Made by a program: the position numbers and the translations under genes. This document shows positions 1-14,024 of a stretch of DNA of 64,000 nucleotides, piece after piece (within the stretch, counting starts at the first letter, position 1; every line of letters starts with the position of its first letter). The notes under the pieces are model-generated. The model was not told the origin of the DNA, searched no databases, and worked only from the letters and a program-made list of their open reading frames with translations. This DNA is from Paragordius varius. Taxonomy: Eukaryota > Animalia > Nematomorpha. The stretch spans positions 372,001 to 436,000 of the forward strand of contig OZ176056.1 of NCBI GenBank assembly GCA_964247055.1. Direction: 5' to 3'.

Positions 1-3000
1 TTAAACTTTGTCCTTAAAAATCGGATATTGGTCACCGGTGAACAAAATTATTTTATATACATTCTCTTAGTAAGACTACATCAAAATATAGAGATAGTTT
101 GACAAACTCTTTCATATCCGATTTTTACAACGATACTTTAAAAATTAATGTATAAAACTAGTCGTATCAATAAATCGCATCAATACTCAAGTTAAACTTT
201 GTCCTTAAAAATCGGATATTGGTCACCGGTGAACAAAATTATTTTTTATACTTTCTCTTAGTAGGACTACATCAAAATATAGAGATAGTTTGGCAAACTC
301 TTTCATATCCGATTTTTACAACGATACTTTAAAAATTAATGTATAAAACTAGTCGCATCAATACTCAAGCTAAACATTGTCATTAAAAATCGAATATTGG
401 TCACCGGTGAACAAAATTATTTTTTATACATTCTCTTAGTAAGACTACATCAAATTATAGAGATAGTTTGACAAACTGTTTCATATCCGATTTTTACAAC
501 AATACTTTAAAAATTATGGTATTAAACCAGTCGCATCAATACTCAAGTTAAACTTTGTCCTTAAAAATCGGATATTGGTCACCGGTGAACAAAATTATTT
601 TATATACATTCTCTTAGTAAGACTACATCAAAATATAGAGATAGTTTGACAAACTCTTTCATATCCGATTTTTACAACGATACTTTAAAAATTAATGTAT
701 AAAACTAGTCGTATCAATAAATCGCATCAATACTCAAGTTAAACTTTGTCCTTAAAAATCGGATATTGGTCACCGGTGAACAAAATTATTTTTTATACAT
801 TCTCTTAGTAGGACTACATCAAAATACAGAGATAGTTTGGCAAACTCTTTCATATCCGATTTTTACAATGATACTTTAAAAATTAATGTATAAAACTAGT
901 CGCATCAATACTCAAGTTAAACTTTGTCCTTAAAAATCGGATATTGGTCACCGGTGAACAAAATTATTTTATATACATTCTCTTAGTAAGACTACATCAA
1001 AATATAGAGATAGTTTTACAAACTCTTTCATATCCGATTTTTACAACGATACTTTAAAAATTAATGTATTAAACTAGTCGCATCAATACTCAAGTTAAAC
1101 TTTGTCCTTAAAAATCGGATATTGGTCACCGGTGAACAAAATAATTTTTTATACATTCTCTTAGTAAGACTACATCAAAATATAGAAATAGTTTGACAAA
1201 CTCTTTCATATCCGATTTTTACAACGATACTTTAAAAATAAATGTATAAAACTAGTCGTATCAATAAATCGCATCAATACTCAAGTTAAACTTTGTCCTT
1301 AAAAATCGGATATTGGTCACCGGTGAACAAAATTATTTTTTATACATTCTCTTAGTAAGACTACATCAAAATATAGAGATAGTTTTACAAACTCTTTCAT
1401 ATCCGATTTTTACAACGATACTTTAAAAATTAATGTATTAAACTAGTCGCATCAATACTCAAGTTAAACTTTGTCCTTAAAAATCGGATATTGGTCACCG
1501 GTGAACAAAATAATTTTTTATACATTCTCTTAGTAAGACTACATCAAAATATAGAAATAGTTTGACAAACTCTTTCATATCCGATTTTTACAACGATACT
1601 TTAAAAATAAATGTATAAAACTAGTCGTATCAATAAATCGCATCAATACTCAAGTTAAACTTTGTCCTTAAAAATCGGATATTGGTCACCGGTGAACAAA
1701 ATTATTTTTTATACATTCTCTTAGTAGGACTACATCAAAATACAGAGATAGTTTGGCAAACTCTTTCATATCCGATTTTTACAATGATACTTTAAAAATT
1801 AATGTATAAAACTAGTCGCATCAATACTCAAGTTAAACTTTGTCCTTAAAAATCGGATATTGGTCACCGGTGAACAAAATTATTTTATATACATTCTCTT
1901 AGTAAGACTACATCAAAATATAGAGATAGTTTGACAAACTCTTTCATATCCGATTTTTACAACGATACTTTAAAAATTAATGTATAAAACTAGTCGCATC
2001 AATACTCAAGCTAAACATTGTCCTTAAAAATCGGATATTGGTCACCGGTGAACAAAACTATTTTTTATACATTCTCTTAGTAAGACTACATCAAAATATA
2101 GAGATAGTTTGACAAACTGTTTCATATCCGATTTTTACAACAATACTTTAAAAATTATGGTATTAAACCAGTCGCATCAATACTCAAGTTAAACTTTGTC
2201 CTTAAAAATCGGATATTGGTCACCGGTGAACAAAATTATTTTATATACATTCTCTTAGTAAGACTACATCAAAATATAGAGATAGTTTGACAAACTCTTT
2301 CATATCCGATTTTTACAACGATACTTTAAAAATTAATGTATAAAACTAGTCGTATCAATAAATCGCATCAATACTCAAGTTAAACTTTGTCCTTAAAAAT
2401 CGGATATTGGTCACCGGTGAACAAAATTATTTTTTATACTTTCTCTTAGTAGGACTACATCAAAATATAGAGATAGTTTGGCAAACTCTTTCATATCCGA
2501 TTTTTACAACGATACTTTAAAAATTAATGTATAAAACTAGTCGCATCAATACTCAAGCTAAACATTGTCATTAAAAATCGAATATTGGTCACCGGTGAAC
2601 AAAATTATTTTTTATACATTCTCTTAGTAAGACTACATCAAATTATAGAGATAGTTTGACAAACTGTTTCATATCCGATTTTTACAACAATACTTTAAAA
2701 ATTATGGTATTAAACCAGTCGCATCAATACTCAAGTTAAACTTTGTCCTTAAAAATCGGATATTGGTCACCGGTGAACAAAATTATTTTATATACATTCT
2801 CTTAGTAAGACTACATCAAAATATAGAGATAGTTTGACAAACTCTTTCATATCCGATTTTTACAACGATACTTTAAAAATTAATGTATAAAACTAGTCGT
2901 ATCAATAAATCGCATCAATACTCAAGTTAAACTTTGTCCTTAAAAATCGGATATTGGTCACCGGTGAACAAAATTATTTTTTATACTTTCTCTTAGTGGG

Positions 3001-3104
3001 ACTACATCAAAATATAGAGATAGTTTGGCAAACTCTTTCATATCCGATTTTTACAACGATACTTTAAAAATTAATGTATAAAACTAGTCGCATCAATACT
3101 CAAG
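1..3104. repeat. Local 3-monomer repeat (547 bp = 191+178+178) plus a local dimer repeat
   Basis: 1-547 recurs at 2189-2735 and partly at 2736-3104 (shared TACTTTCTC, CATTAAAAATCGAAT, CAAATTATAG, AACTGTTT). 917-1285 recurs nearly identically at 1286-1654. Confidence 0.8.
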
Positions 3105-3460
3105 CTAAACATTGTCATTAAAAATCGAATATTGGTCACCGGTGAACAAAATTATTTTTTATACATTCTCTTAGTAAGACTACATCAAAATATAGAGATA
3201 GTTTGACAAACTCTTTCATATTCGATTTTTACAACGATACTTTAAAAATTAATGTGTTAAACTAGTCGCATCAATACTCAATTTATACTTTGTCCTTAAA
3301 AATCGGATATTGGTCACCGGTGAACAAAATTATTTTTTATACATTCTCTTAGTAAGACTACATCAAAATATAGAGATAGTTTTACAAACTCTTTCATATC
3401 CGATTTTTACAACGATACTTTAAAAATTAATGTTTTAAACTAGTCGCATCAATACTCAAG

Positions 3461-6400
3461 TTAAACTTTGTCCTTAAAAATCGGATATTGGTCACCGGTG
3501 AACAAAATAATTTTTTATACATTCTCTTAGTAAGACTACATCAAAATATAGAGATAGTTTGACAAACTCTTTCATATCCGATTTTTACAAGGATACTTTT
3601 TTTTAATTATGGTATTAAACCAGTCGCATCAATACTCAAGTTAAACTTTGTCCTTAAAAATCGGATATTGGTCACCGGTGAACAAAATTATTTTATATAC
3701 ATTCTCTTAGTAAGACTACATCAAAATATAGAGATAGTTTGACAAACTCTTTCATATCCGATTTTTACAACGATACTTTAAAAATTAATGTATAAAACTA
3801 GTCGCATCAATACTCAAGCTAAACATTGTCCTTAAAAATCGGAAATTGGTCACCGGTGAACAAAACTATTTTTTATACATTCTCTTAGTAAGACTACATC
3901 AAAATATAGAGATAGTTTGACAAACTCTTTCATATCCGATTTTTACAACGATACTTTAAAAATTAATTTATAAAACTAGTCGTATCAATAAATCGCATCA
4001 ATACTCAAGTTAAACTTTGTCCTTAAAAATCGGATATTGGTCACCGGTGAACAAAATTATTTTTTATATATTCTCTTAGTAGGACTACATCAAAATATAG
4101 AGATAGTTTGACAAACTCTTTCATATCCGATTTTTACAACGATACTTTAAAAATTAATGTGTTAAACTAGTCGCTTCAATACTCAATTTAAACTTTGTCC
4201 TTAAAAATCGAATATTGGTCACCGGTGAACAAAATAATTTTTTATACATTCTCTTAGTAAGACTACATCAAAATAGAGATAGTTTGACAAACTCTTTCAT
4301 ATCCGATTTTTACAACGATACTTTTTTAAAATTATGGTATTAAACCAGTCGCATCAATACTCAAGTTAAACTTTGTCCTTAAAAATCGGATATTGTTCAC
4401 CGGTGAACAAAAATATTTTTTATACTCTTAGTAAGACTACATCAAAATATAAAGATAGTTTGACAAACTCTTTCATATCCGATTTTTACAACGATACTTT
4501 AAAAATTATGGTATTAAACCAGTCGCATCAATACTCAAGTTAAACTTTGTCCTTAAAAATCGGATATTAGTCACCGGTGAACAAAATTATTTTATATACA
4601 TTCTCTTAGTAAGACTACATCAAAATATAGAAATAGTTTGACAAACTCTTTCATATCCGATTTTTACAACGATACTTTAAAAATTAATGTATAAAACTAG
4701 TCGCATCAATACTCAAGCTAAACATTGTCCTTAAAAATCGGATATTGGTCACCGGTGAACAAAACTATTTTTTATACATTCTCTTAGTAAGACTACATCA
4801 AAATATAGAGATAGTTTGACAAACTCTTTCATATCCGATTTTTACAACGATACTTTAAAAATTAATGTATAAAACTAGTCGCATCAATACTCAAGTTAAA
4901 CTTTGTCCTTAAAAATCGAATATTGGTCACCGGTGAACAAAATTATTTTTTATACATTCTCTTAGTAAGACTACATCAAAATATAGAGATAGTTTGACAA
5001 ACTCTTTCATATCCGATTTTTACAACGATACTTTAAAAATTAATGTGTTAAACTAGTCGCATCAATACTCAATTTAAACTTTGTCCTTAAAAATCGGATA
5101 TTGGTCACCGGTGAACAAAATTATTTTTTATGCATTCTCTTAGTAAGACTACATCAAAATATAGAGATAGTTTTACAAACTCTTTCATATCCGATTTTTA
5201 CAACGATACTTTAAAAATTAATGTATTAAACTAGTCGCATCAATACTCAAGTTAAACTTTGTCCTTAAAAATCGGATATTGGTCACCGGTGAACAAAATA
5301 ATTTTTTATACATTCTCTTAGTAAGACTACATCAAAATATAGAGATAGTTTGACAAACTCTTTCATATCCGATTTTTACAAGGATACTTTTTTTTAATTA
5401 TGGTATTAAACCAGTCGCATCAATACTCAAGTTAAACTTTGTCCTTAAAAATCGGATATTGGTCACCGGTGAACAAAATTATTTTTTATGCATTCTCTTA
5501 GTAAGACTACATCAAAATATAGAGATAGTTTTACAAACTCTTTCATATCCGATTTTTACAACGATACTTTAAAAATTAATGTATTAAACTAGTCGCATCA
5601 ATACTCAAGTTAAACTTTGTCCTTAAAAATCGGATATTGGTCACCGGTGAACAAAATAATTTTTTATACATTCTCTTAGTAAGACTACATCAAAATATAG
5701 AGATAGTTTGACAAACTCTTTCATATCCGATTTTTACAACGATACTTTAAAAATTAATGTGTTAAACTAGTCGCATCAATACTCAAGTTAAACTTTGTCC
5801 TTAAAAATCGGATATTGGTCACCGGTGAACAAAATAATTTTTTATACATTCTCTTAGTAAGACTACATCAAAATATAGAGATAGTTTGACAAACTCTTTC
5901 ATATCCGATTTTTACAAGGATACTTTTTTTTAATTATGGTATTAAACCAGTCGCATCAATACTCAAGTTAAACTTTGTCCTTAAAAATCGGATATTGGTC
6001 ACCGGTGAACAAAATTATTTTATATACATTCTCTTAGTAAGACTACATCAAAATATAGAGATAGTTTGACAAACTCTTTCATATCCGATTTTTACAACGA
6101 TACTTTAAAAATTAATGTATAAAACTAGTCGCATCAATACTCAAGCTAAACATTGTCCTTAAAAATCGGAAATTGGTCACCGGTGAACAAAACTATTTTT
6201 TATACATTCTCTTAGTAAGACTACATCAAAATATAGAGATAGTTTGACAAACTCTTTCATATCCGATTTTTACAACGATACTTTAAAAATTAATTTATAA
6301 AACTAGTCGTATCAATAAATCGCATCAATACTCAAGTTAAACTTTGTCCTTAAAAATCGGATATTGGTCACCGGTGAACAAAATTATTTTTTATATATTC

Positions 6401-9400
6401 TCTTAGTAGGACTACATCAAAATATAGAGATAGTTTGGCAAACTCTTTTATATCCGATTTTTACAACGATACTTTAAAAATTAATGTATAAAATAAGTCG
6501 CATCAATACTCAAGTTAAACTTTGTCCTTAAAAATCGAATATTGGTCACCGGTGAACAAAATTATTTTTTATACATTCTCTTAGTAAGACTACATCAAAA
6601 TATAGAGATAGTTTGACAAACTCTTTCATATCCGATTTTTACAACGATACTTTAAAAATTAATGTGTTAAACTAGTCGCTTCAATACTCAATTTAAACTT
6701 TGTCCTTAAAAATCGAATATTGGTCACCGGTGAACAAAATAATTTTTTATACATTCTCTTAGTAAGACTACATCAAAATAGAGATAGTTTGACAAACTCT
6801 TTCATATCCGATTTTTACAACGATACTTTTTTAAAATTATGGTATTAAACCAGTCGCATCAATACTCAAGTTAAACTTTGTCCTTAAAAATCGGATATTG
6901 TTCACCGGTGAACAAAAATATTTTTTATACTCTTAGTAAGACTACATCAAAATATAAAGATAGTTTGACAAACTCTTTCATATCCGATTTTTACAACGAT
7001 ACTTTAAAAATTATGGTATTAAACCAGTCGCATCAATACTCAAGTTAAACTTTGTCCTTAAAAATCGGATATTAGTCACCGGTGAACAAAATTATTTTAT
7101 ATACATTCTCTTAGTAAGACTACATCAAAATATAGAAATAGTTTGACAAACTCTTTCATATCCGATTTTTACAACGATACTTTAAAAATTAATGTATAAA
7201 ACTAGTCGCATCAATACTCAAGCTAAACATTGTCCTTAAAAATCGGATATTGGTCACCGGTGAACAAAACTATTTTTTATACATTCTCTTAGTAAGACTA
7301 CATCAAAATATAGAGATAGTTTGACAAACTCTTTCATATCCGATTTTTACAACGATACTTTAAAAATTAATGTATAAAACTAGTCGCATCAATACTCAAG
7401 TTAAACTTTGTCCTTAAAAATCGAATATTGGTCACCGGTGAACAAAATTATTTTTTATACATTCTCTTAGTAAGACTACATCAAAATATAGAGATAGTTT
7501 GACAAACTCTTTCATATCCGATTTTTACAACGATACTTTAAAAATTAATGTGTTAAACTAGTCGCATCAATACTCAATTTAAACTTTGTCCTTAAAAATC
7601 GGATATTGGTCACCGGTGAACAAAATTATTTTTTATGCATTCTCTTAGTAAGACTACATCAAAATATAGAGATAGTTTTACAAACTCTTTCATATCCGAT
7701 TTTTACAACGATACTTTAAAAATTAATGTATTAAACTAGTCGCATCAATACTCAAGTTAAACTTTGTCCTTAAAAATCGGATATTGGTCACCGGTGAACA
7801 AAATAATTTTTTATACATTCTCTTAGTAAGACTACATCAAAATATAGAGATAGTTTGACAAACTCTTTCATATCCGATTTTTACAAGGATACTTTTTTTT
7901 AATTATGGTATTAAACCAGTCGCATCAATACTCAAGTTAAACTTTGTCCTTAAAAATCGGATATTGGTCACCGGTGAACAAAATTATTTTATATACATTC
8001 TCTTAGTAAGACTACATCAAAATATAGAGATAGTTTGACAAACTCTTTCATATCCGATTTTTACAACGATACTTTAAAAATTAATGTATAAAACTAGTCG
8101 CATCAATACTCAAGCTAAACATTGTCCTTAAAAATCGGAAATTGGTCACCGGTGAACAAAACTATTTTTTATACATTCTCTTAGTAAGACTACATCAAAA
8201 TATAGAGATAGTTTGACAAACTCTTTCATATCCGATTTTTACAACGATACTTTAAAAATTAATTTATAAAACTAGTCGTATCAATAAATCGCATCAATAC
8301 TCAAGTTAAACTTTGTCCTTAAAAATCGGATATTGGTCACCGGTGAACAAAATTGTTTTTTATATATTCTCTTAGTAGGACTACATCAAAATATAGAGAT
8401 AGTTTGGCAAACTCTTTTATATCCGATTTTTACAACGATACTTTAAAAATTAATGTATAAAATAAGTCGCATCAATACTCAAGTTAAACTTTGTCCTTAA
8501 AAATCGAATATTGGTCACCGGTGAACAAAATTATTTTTTATACATTCTCTTAGTAAGACTACATCAAAATAGAGATAGTTTGACAAACTCTTTCATATCC
8601 GATTTTTACAACGATACTTTAAAAATTAATGTGTTAAACTAGTCGCATCAATACTCAATTTAAACTTTGTCCTTAAAAATCGAATATTGGTCACCGGTGA
8701 ACAAAATAATTTTTTATACATTCTCTTAGTAAGACTACATCAAAATAGAGATAGTTTGACAAACTCTTTCATATCCGATTTTTACAACGATACTTTTTTA
8801 AAATTATGGTATTAAACCAGTCGCATCAATACTCAAGTTAAACTTTGTCCTTAAAAATCGGATATTGTTCACCGGTGAACAAAAATATTTTTTATACTCT
8901 TAGTAAGACTACATCAAAATATAGAAATAGTTTGACAAACTCTTTCATATCCGATTTTTACAACGATACTTTAAAAATTATGGTATTAAACCAGTCGCAT
9001 CAATACTCAAGTTAAACTTTGTCCTTAAAAATCGGATATTAGTCACCGGTGAACAAAATTATTTTATATACATTCTCTTAGTAAGACTACATCAAAATAT
9101 AGAAATAGTTTGACAAACTCTTTCATATCCGATTTTTACAACGATACTTTAAAAATTAATGTTTAAAACTAGTCGCATCAATACTCAAGCTAAACATTGT
9201 CCTTAAAAATCGGATATTGGTCACCGGTGAACAAAACTATTTTTTATACATTCTCTTAGTAAGACTACATCAAAATATAGAGATAGTTTGACAAACTCTT
9301 TCATATCCGATTTTTACAACGATACTTTAAAAATTAATGTATAAAACTAGTCGCATCAATACTCAAGTTAAACTTTGTCCTTAAAAATCGAATATTGGTC

Positions 9401-12400
9401 ACCGGTGAACAAAATTATTTTTTATACATTCTCTTAGTAAGACTACATCAAAATATAGAGATAGTTTGACAAACTCTTTCATATCCGATTTTTACAACGA
9501 TACTTTAAAAATTAATGTGTTAAACTAGTCGCATCAATACTCAATTTAAACTTTGTCCTTAAAAATCGGATATTGGTCACCGGTGAACAAAATTATTTTT
9601 TATGCATTCTCTTAGTAAGACTACATCAAAATATAGAGATAGTTTTACAAACTCTTTCATATCCGATTTTTACAACGATACTTTAAAAATTAATGTATTA
9701 AACTAGTCGCATCAATACTCAAGTTAAACTTTGTTCTTAAAAATCGGATATTGGTCACCGGTGAACAAAATTATTTTATATACATTCTCTTAGTAAGACT
9801 ACATCAAAATATAGAAATAGTTTGACAAACTCTTTCATATCCGATTTTTACAACGATACTTTAAAAATTAATGTATAAAACTAGTCGCATCAATACTCAA
9901 GCTAAACATTGTCCTTAAAAATCGGAAATTGGTCACCGGTGAACAAAACTATTTTTTATACATTCTCTTAGTAAGACTACATCAAAATATAGAGATAGTT
10001 TGACAAACTCTTTCATATCCAATTTTTACAACGATACTTTAAAAATTAATTTATAAAACTAGTCGTATCAATAAATCGCATCAATACTCAAGTTAAACTT
10101 TGTCCTTAAAAATCGGATATTGGTCACCGGTGAACAAAATTATTTTTTATATATTCTCTTAGTAGGACTACATCAAAATATAGAGATAGTTTGGCAAACT
10201 CTTTTATATCCGATTTTTACAACGATACTTTAAAAATTAATGTATAAAACTAGTCGCATCAATACTCAAGTTAAACTTTGTCCTTAAAAATCGAATATTG
10301 GTCACCGGTGAACAAAATTATTTTTTATACATTCTCTTAGTAAGACTACATCAAAATATAGAGATAGTTTGACAAACTCTTTCATATCCGATTTTTACAA
10401 CGATACTTTAAAAATTAATGTGTTAAACTAGTCGCATCAATACTCAATTTAAACTTTGTCCTTAAAAATCGGATATTGGTCACCGGTGAACAAAATTATT
10501 TTTTATGCATTCTCTTAGTAAGACTACATCAAAATATAGAGATAGTTTTACAAACTCTTTCATATCCGATTTTTACAACGATACTTTAAAAATTAATGTA
10601 TTAAACTAGTCGCATCAATACTCAAGTTAAACTTTGTCCTTAAAAATCGGATATTGGTCACCGGTGAACAAAATAATTTTTTATACATTCTCTTAGTAAG
10701 ACTACATCAAAATATAGAGATAGTTTGACAAACTCTTTCATATCCGATTTTTACAAGGATACTTTTTTTTAATTATGGTATTAAACCAGTCGCATCAATA
10801 CTCAAGTTAAACTTTGTCCTTAAAAATCGGATATTGGTCACCGGTGAACAAAATTATTTTATATACATTCTCTTAGTAAGACTACATCAAAATATAGAGA
10901 TAGTTTGACAAACTCTTTCATATCCGATTTTTACAACGATACTTTAAAAATTAATGTATAAAACTAGTCGCATCAATACTCAAGTTTAACTTTTTCCTTA
11001 AAAATCGAATATTGGTCACCGGTGAACAAAATTATTTTTTATACATTCTCTTAGTAAGACTACATCAAAATATAGAGATAGTTTGACAAACTCTTTCATA
11101 TCCGATTTTTACAACGATACTTTAAAAATTATGGTATTAAACCAGTTGCATCAATACTCAAGTTAAACTTTGTCCTTAAAAATCGGATATTGGTCACCGG
11201 TGAACAAAATTATTTTTTATACTCTTAGTAAGACTACATCAAAATATAGAGATAGTTTGACAAACTCTTTCATATCCGATTTTTACAACGATACTCTAAA
11301 AATTATGGTATTAAACCAGTCGCATCAATACTCAAATTAAACTTTGTCCTTAAAAATCGGATATTGGTCACCGGTGAACAAAATTATTTTATATACATTC
11401 TCTTAGTAAGACTACATCAAAATATAGAGATAGTTTGACAAACTCTTTCATATCCGATTTTTACAAATATACTTTTTTTTAATTATGGTATTAAACCAGT
11501 CGCATCAATACTCAAGTTAAACTTTGTCCTTAAAAATCGGATATTGGTCACCGATGAACAAAATTATTTTTTATACTCTTAGTAAGACTACATCAAAATA
11601 TAGAGATAGTTTGACAAACTCTTTCATATCCGATTTTTACAACGATACTTTAAAAATTAATGTATTAAACTAGTCGCTTCAATACTCAAGTTAAACTTTG
11701 TCCTTAAAAATCGGATATTGGTCACCGGTGAACAAAATAATTTTTTATACATTCTCTTAGTAAGACTACATCAAAATAGAGATAGTTTGACAAACTCTTT
11801 CATATCCGATTTTTACAACGATACTTTAAAAATTAATTTATAAAACTAGTCGTATCAATAAATCGCATCAATACTCAAGTTAAACTTTGTCCTTAAAAAT
11901 CGGATATTGGTCACCGGTGAACAAAATTATTTTTTATATATTCTCTTAGTAGGACTACATCAAAATATAGAGATAGTTTGGCAAACTCTTTTATATCCGA
12001 TTTTTACAACGATACTTTAAAAATTAATGTATAAAATAAGTCGCATCAATACTCAAGTTAAACTTTGTCCTTAAAAATCGAATATTGGTCACCGGTGAAC
12101 AAAATTATTTTTTATACATTCTCTTAGTAAGACTACATCAAAATATAGAGATAGTTTGACAAACTCTTTCATATCCGATTTTTACAACGATACTTTAAAA
12201 ATTAATGTGTTAAACTAGTCGCATCAATACTCAATTTAAACTTTGTCCTTAAAAATCGAATATTGGTCACCGGTGAACAAAATAATTTTTTATACATTCT
12301 CTTAGTAAGACTACATCAAAATAGAGATAGTTTGACAAACTCTTTCATATCCGATTTTTACAACGATACTTTTTTAAAATTATGGTATTAAACCAGTCGC

Positions 12401-14024
12401 ATCAATACTCAAGTTAAACTTTGTCCTTAAAAATCGGATATTGTTCACCGGTGAACAAAAATATTTTTTATACTCTTAGTAAGACTACATCAAAATATAG
12501 AAATAGTTTGACAAACTCTTTCATATCCGATTTTTACAACGATACTTTAAAAATTATGGTATTAAACCAGTCGCATCAATACTCAAGTTAAACTTTGTCC
12601 TTAAAAATCGGATATTAGTCACCGGTGAACAAAATTATTTTATATACATTCTCTTAGTAAGACTACATCAAAATATAGAAATAGTTTGACAAACTCTTTC
12701 ATATCCGATTTTTACAACGATACTTTAAAAATTAATGTATAAAACTAGTCGCATCAATACTCAAGCTAAACATTGTCCTTAAAAATCGGATATTGGTCAC
12801 CGGTGAACAAAACTATTTTTTATACATTCTCTTAGTAAGACTACATCAAAATATAGAGATAGTTTGACAAACTCTTTCATATCCGATTTTTACAACGATA
12901 CTTTAAAAATTAATGTATAAAACTAGACGCATCAATACTCAAGTTAAACTTTGTCCTTAAAAATCGAATATTGGTCACCGGTGAACAAAATTATTTTTTA
13001 AACATTCTCTTAGTAAGACTACATCAAAATATAGAGATAGTTTGACAAACTCTTTCATATCCGATTTTTACAACGATACTTTAAAAATTAATGTGTTAAA
13101 CTAGTCGCATCAATACTCAATTTAAACTTTGTCCTTAAAAATCGGATATTGGTCACCGGTGAACAAAATTATTTTTTATGCATTCTCTTAGTAAGACTAC
13201 ATCAAAATATAGAGATAGTTTTACAAACTCTTTCATATCCGATTTTTACAACGATACTTTAAAAATTAATGTATTAAACTAGTCGCATCAATACTCAAGT
13301 TAAACTTTGTCCTTAAAAATCGGATATTGGTCACCGGTGAACAAAATTATTTTATATACATTCTCTTAGTAAGACTACATCAAAATATAGAAATAGTTTG
13401 ACAAACTCTTTCATATCCGATTTTTACAACGATACTTTAAAAATTAATGTATAAAACTAGTCGCATCAATACTCAAGCTAAACATTGTCCTTAAAAATCG
13501 GAAATTGGTCACCGGTGAACAAAACTATTTTTTATACATTCTCTTAGTAAGACTACATCAAAATATAGAGATAGTTTGACAAACTCTTTCATATCCAATT
13601 TTTACAACGATACTTTAAAAATTAATTTATAAAACTAGTCGTATCAAAAAATCGCATCAATACTCAAGTTAAACTTTGTCCTTAAAAATCGGATATTGGT
13701 CACCGGTGAACAAAATTATTTTTTATATATTCTCTTAGTAGGACTACATCAAAATATAGAGATAGTTTGGCAAACTCTTTTATATCCGATTTTTACAACG
13801 ATACTTTAAAAATTAATGTATAAAACTAGTCGCATCAATACTCAAGTTAAACTTTGTCCTTAAAAATCGAATATTGGTCACCGGTGAACAAAATTATTTT
13901 TTATACATTCTCTTAGTAAGACTACATCAAAATATAGAGATAGTTTGACAAACTCTTTCATATCCGATTTTTACAACGATACTTTAAAAATTAATGTGTT
14001 AAACTAGTCGCATCAATACTCAAT
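3461..14024. repeat. Higher-order repeat, 11 monomers (about 1969 bp), with expanded and deleted copies
   Basis: The marker monomer (TTGTTCACC, 174 bp) starts at 4366, 6871, 8838 and 12414. 6871-8837 is an 11-mer. 4366-6870 is a 14-mer with 3 extra monomers. 8838-10448 and 12414-14024 are sister 9-mers sharing TATCCAATTT. Confidence 0.85.
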
